In this document: positions 62,455-64,000 of the stretch, one piece after another
Numbering within the stretch: the stretch's first letter is position 1
Layout of the letters: every line of letters begins with the position of its first letter
Source: Harriotta raleighana
Lineage: Eukaryota
Assembly (NCBI GenBank): GCA_050575255.1
Contig: JBNZDD010013718.1
Span: 8,621,677 to 8,685,676, forward strand
Direction of reading: 5' to 3'
DNA: 64,000 nucleotides
The notes under the pieces: model-generated
The model's database searches: none
Told to the model about the DNA's origin: nothing
Seen by the model: the letters and a program-made list of their open reading frames with translations, nothing else
Translations under genes and position numbers: made by a program

Positions 62455-62583
62455 TAATAATATCAATAATCCTTGCAATTGATAAAGCACCTTATCACAT
62501 CTTCAGGACGTCGCAGAGTGCTTCACAGAATACATTGTAAAATATTGACCGTGTATTTTGTGGTTGAAACATGGCAGCCAATT
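62455..62583 (-). mobile_element. tRNA-SINE family A, 3' half
   Basis: TAATCCTTGCAATTGATAAAGCACC...GCTTCACAGAATAC...GGCAGCCAAT. Confidence 0.8.
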
Positions 62584-62589
62584 AACTAA

Positions 62590-62880
62590 TTAAGTAGGGG
62601 CAATTTGAACTGCAATTGGTCTGAGCACTCTTAGGCAAGGGAAGGAAAAATAAAGCTACCAGGGTTACTATTTGTGCCCATCCCCCTATGTAAAAAAAAA
62701 AGTATGAATATCTGGGTGGAGCTAGCAGCAGGGACCAACCACTGTTGTTGTCTCAACTCCAGTATTGAAAACTATTCAATTCTGCCATTCACCATTACTC
62801 CATTGCTGGCACTCACCTTCTAATCATGCATGAAGAGTGGTCACTCAGGCAAGGTGCCAGAGGGGAAATTGTCCCCTGCC
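62590..62880 (+). mobile_element. SINE family B body / 3' fragment
   Basis: GCAATTGGTCTGAGCACTC...CCAGGGTT...GCACTCAC...CATGAAGAGTGGTCACTCAGGCAAGGTGCCAGAGGG. Related reversed pieces at about 12290-12400 and 18800-19075. Confidence 0.5.
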
Positions 62881-63409
62881 TCCAAAACAAAGCCCAACTT
62901 CAAAGATTCGAGCTCCAACACCTCCTGGGGGAGAAAACTCCACAAAACAAAGCCTTGTACACCTCATAATGTATCTGTATACATGTTCCTCATGGTAAAG
63001 AGGACAAGTGACTGTAAGTATTAGTCTTTTTTGAAAGAAACGTATAGAGAGGAACAACTCCAATAGTAGGCAACCAATCCAAACAACTGCAGAGACAACA
63101 CAGCCAATTGACTCGGGGATAGCTTGGCCCATATCTAGGCAACAAATTCACAGCAGCTGGCTCCCATTAATAGTTAAGTGTCAACTTGTTGTTTTGAGGC
63201 ATGCTCTGAGAATGAACAGGCTGAGACTGAAGCTGTACGAGTGCATTTGTGTTTTTTTCCCCATCACATTGGGCTTTGCTATAGCAACAAGCACAGAACT
63301 GCAAAAGCACTCATCTTACATGTGCAATATTTCTTTGCTCTTTTACAGGTTGGATCGGATGCAGGATACAGAAGGTTTACTTTGAAAAAGCAATTCCCTG
63401 AAGTGGCAC

Positions 63410-63570
63410 TTTACAATAGCTCAGTTGATAGAGTGTGATAATGAGCCACATATACTAGGGAGGCCCCAAATTAAATTCTCAATTTGTGCTGAATTAACAG
63501 ATCTCAGCCAGGGCAACAGGCCATGTTAACAACTGACTACACCTGTAGAGATAAGGGAGGGAATCAATGA
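63410..63570 (+). mobile_element. SINE family B 5' fragment
   Basis: TAGCTCAGTTG A-box-like start, then TGTGCTGAATTAACAGATCTCAGCCAGGGCA. Confidence 0.5.
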
Positions 63571-63750
63571 TTGTTGCTTTTGATGATTACATTGAGATTT
63601 CTGCAGTAAATTGAACATCAGACCAAGACAGTCTCAAGCTCGATTTTGACATCCACCTGTAGCACTTTCGGGTTTGCATTTTAGAATAGCTCCAAAAATG
63701 GCTCTCACAGAATTCACAGTATAGCCCTGTAATATTCTCGTTGCGTTTGT

Positions 63751-64000
63751 GGAGCTCCTGTGGCTCAGTGGTTAGAGCACTCGCCTTACATGCCTTACAA
63801 GCATGAGACCTGTGTTCGAATCCAGGCAGATCAGGGCGAAACCTTGGGCAAGTTTCCTTACTCCACATGCCTAATAATAATCCCTCCAAAAAAAAACACA
63901 ATAATAAAATTGGTCATTTCAATCTATGACTGTTTGTGGGACGCTGCTGTGCGCAATTGGCTGCTGCGCTCCGCCCACAAATATACAGTCAATTCACTTT
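63751..64000 (+). mobile_element. tRNA-derived SINE family A (runs off the window end)
   Basis: A-box TGGCTCAGTGG, consensus B-box GTTCGAATCC (63814-63823), body GCTGTGCGCAATTGGCTGCTGCG. Confidence 0.9.

Overview
Vertebrate genomic DNA, AT-rich and CpG-depleted. The tRNA-derived SINEs, Deu-domain SINEs and L2/CR1 LINE fragments suggest a cartilaginous fish, possibly a chimaera (inference). The window is dominated by a + strand MAP1A (microtubule-associated protein 1A) gene. Five coding exons can be read with GT-AG boundaries and consistent phases: 30238-30320, 30916-31056, a 9622-bp giant exon at 31585-41206, 41911-42143 and 43437-43592. From the MDG start at 31735 the spliced protein is 3286 aa (heavy chain plus LC2 light chain polyprotein). 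The two most 5' coding exons of the long MAP1 isoform were not found and probably lie upstream of the window. A GC-rich candidate alternative promoter/first exon lies at about 14.05-14.37 kb, and a probable 7.4-kb, nearly TE-free 3' UTR ends near AATAAA at 50978. The rest is intronic or intergenic, with many SINE and LINE fragments and two copies of a Tigger/pogo-like MITE. I found no convincing new biological system. The best leads are a 14/28-aa tandem-repeat expansion in the giant exon, the in-frame candidate first exon, a SINE-derived candidate poison micro-exon and several odd local DNA structures.
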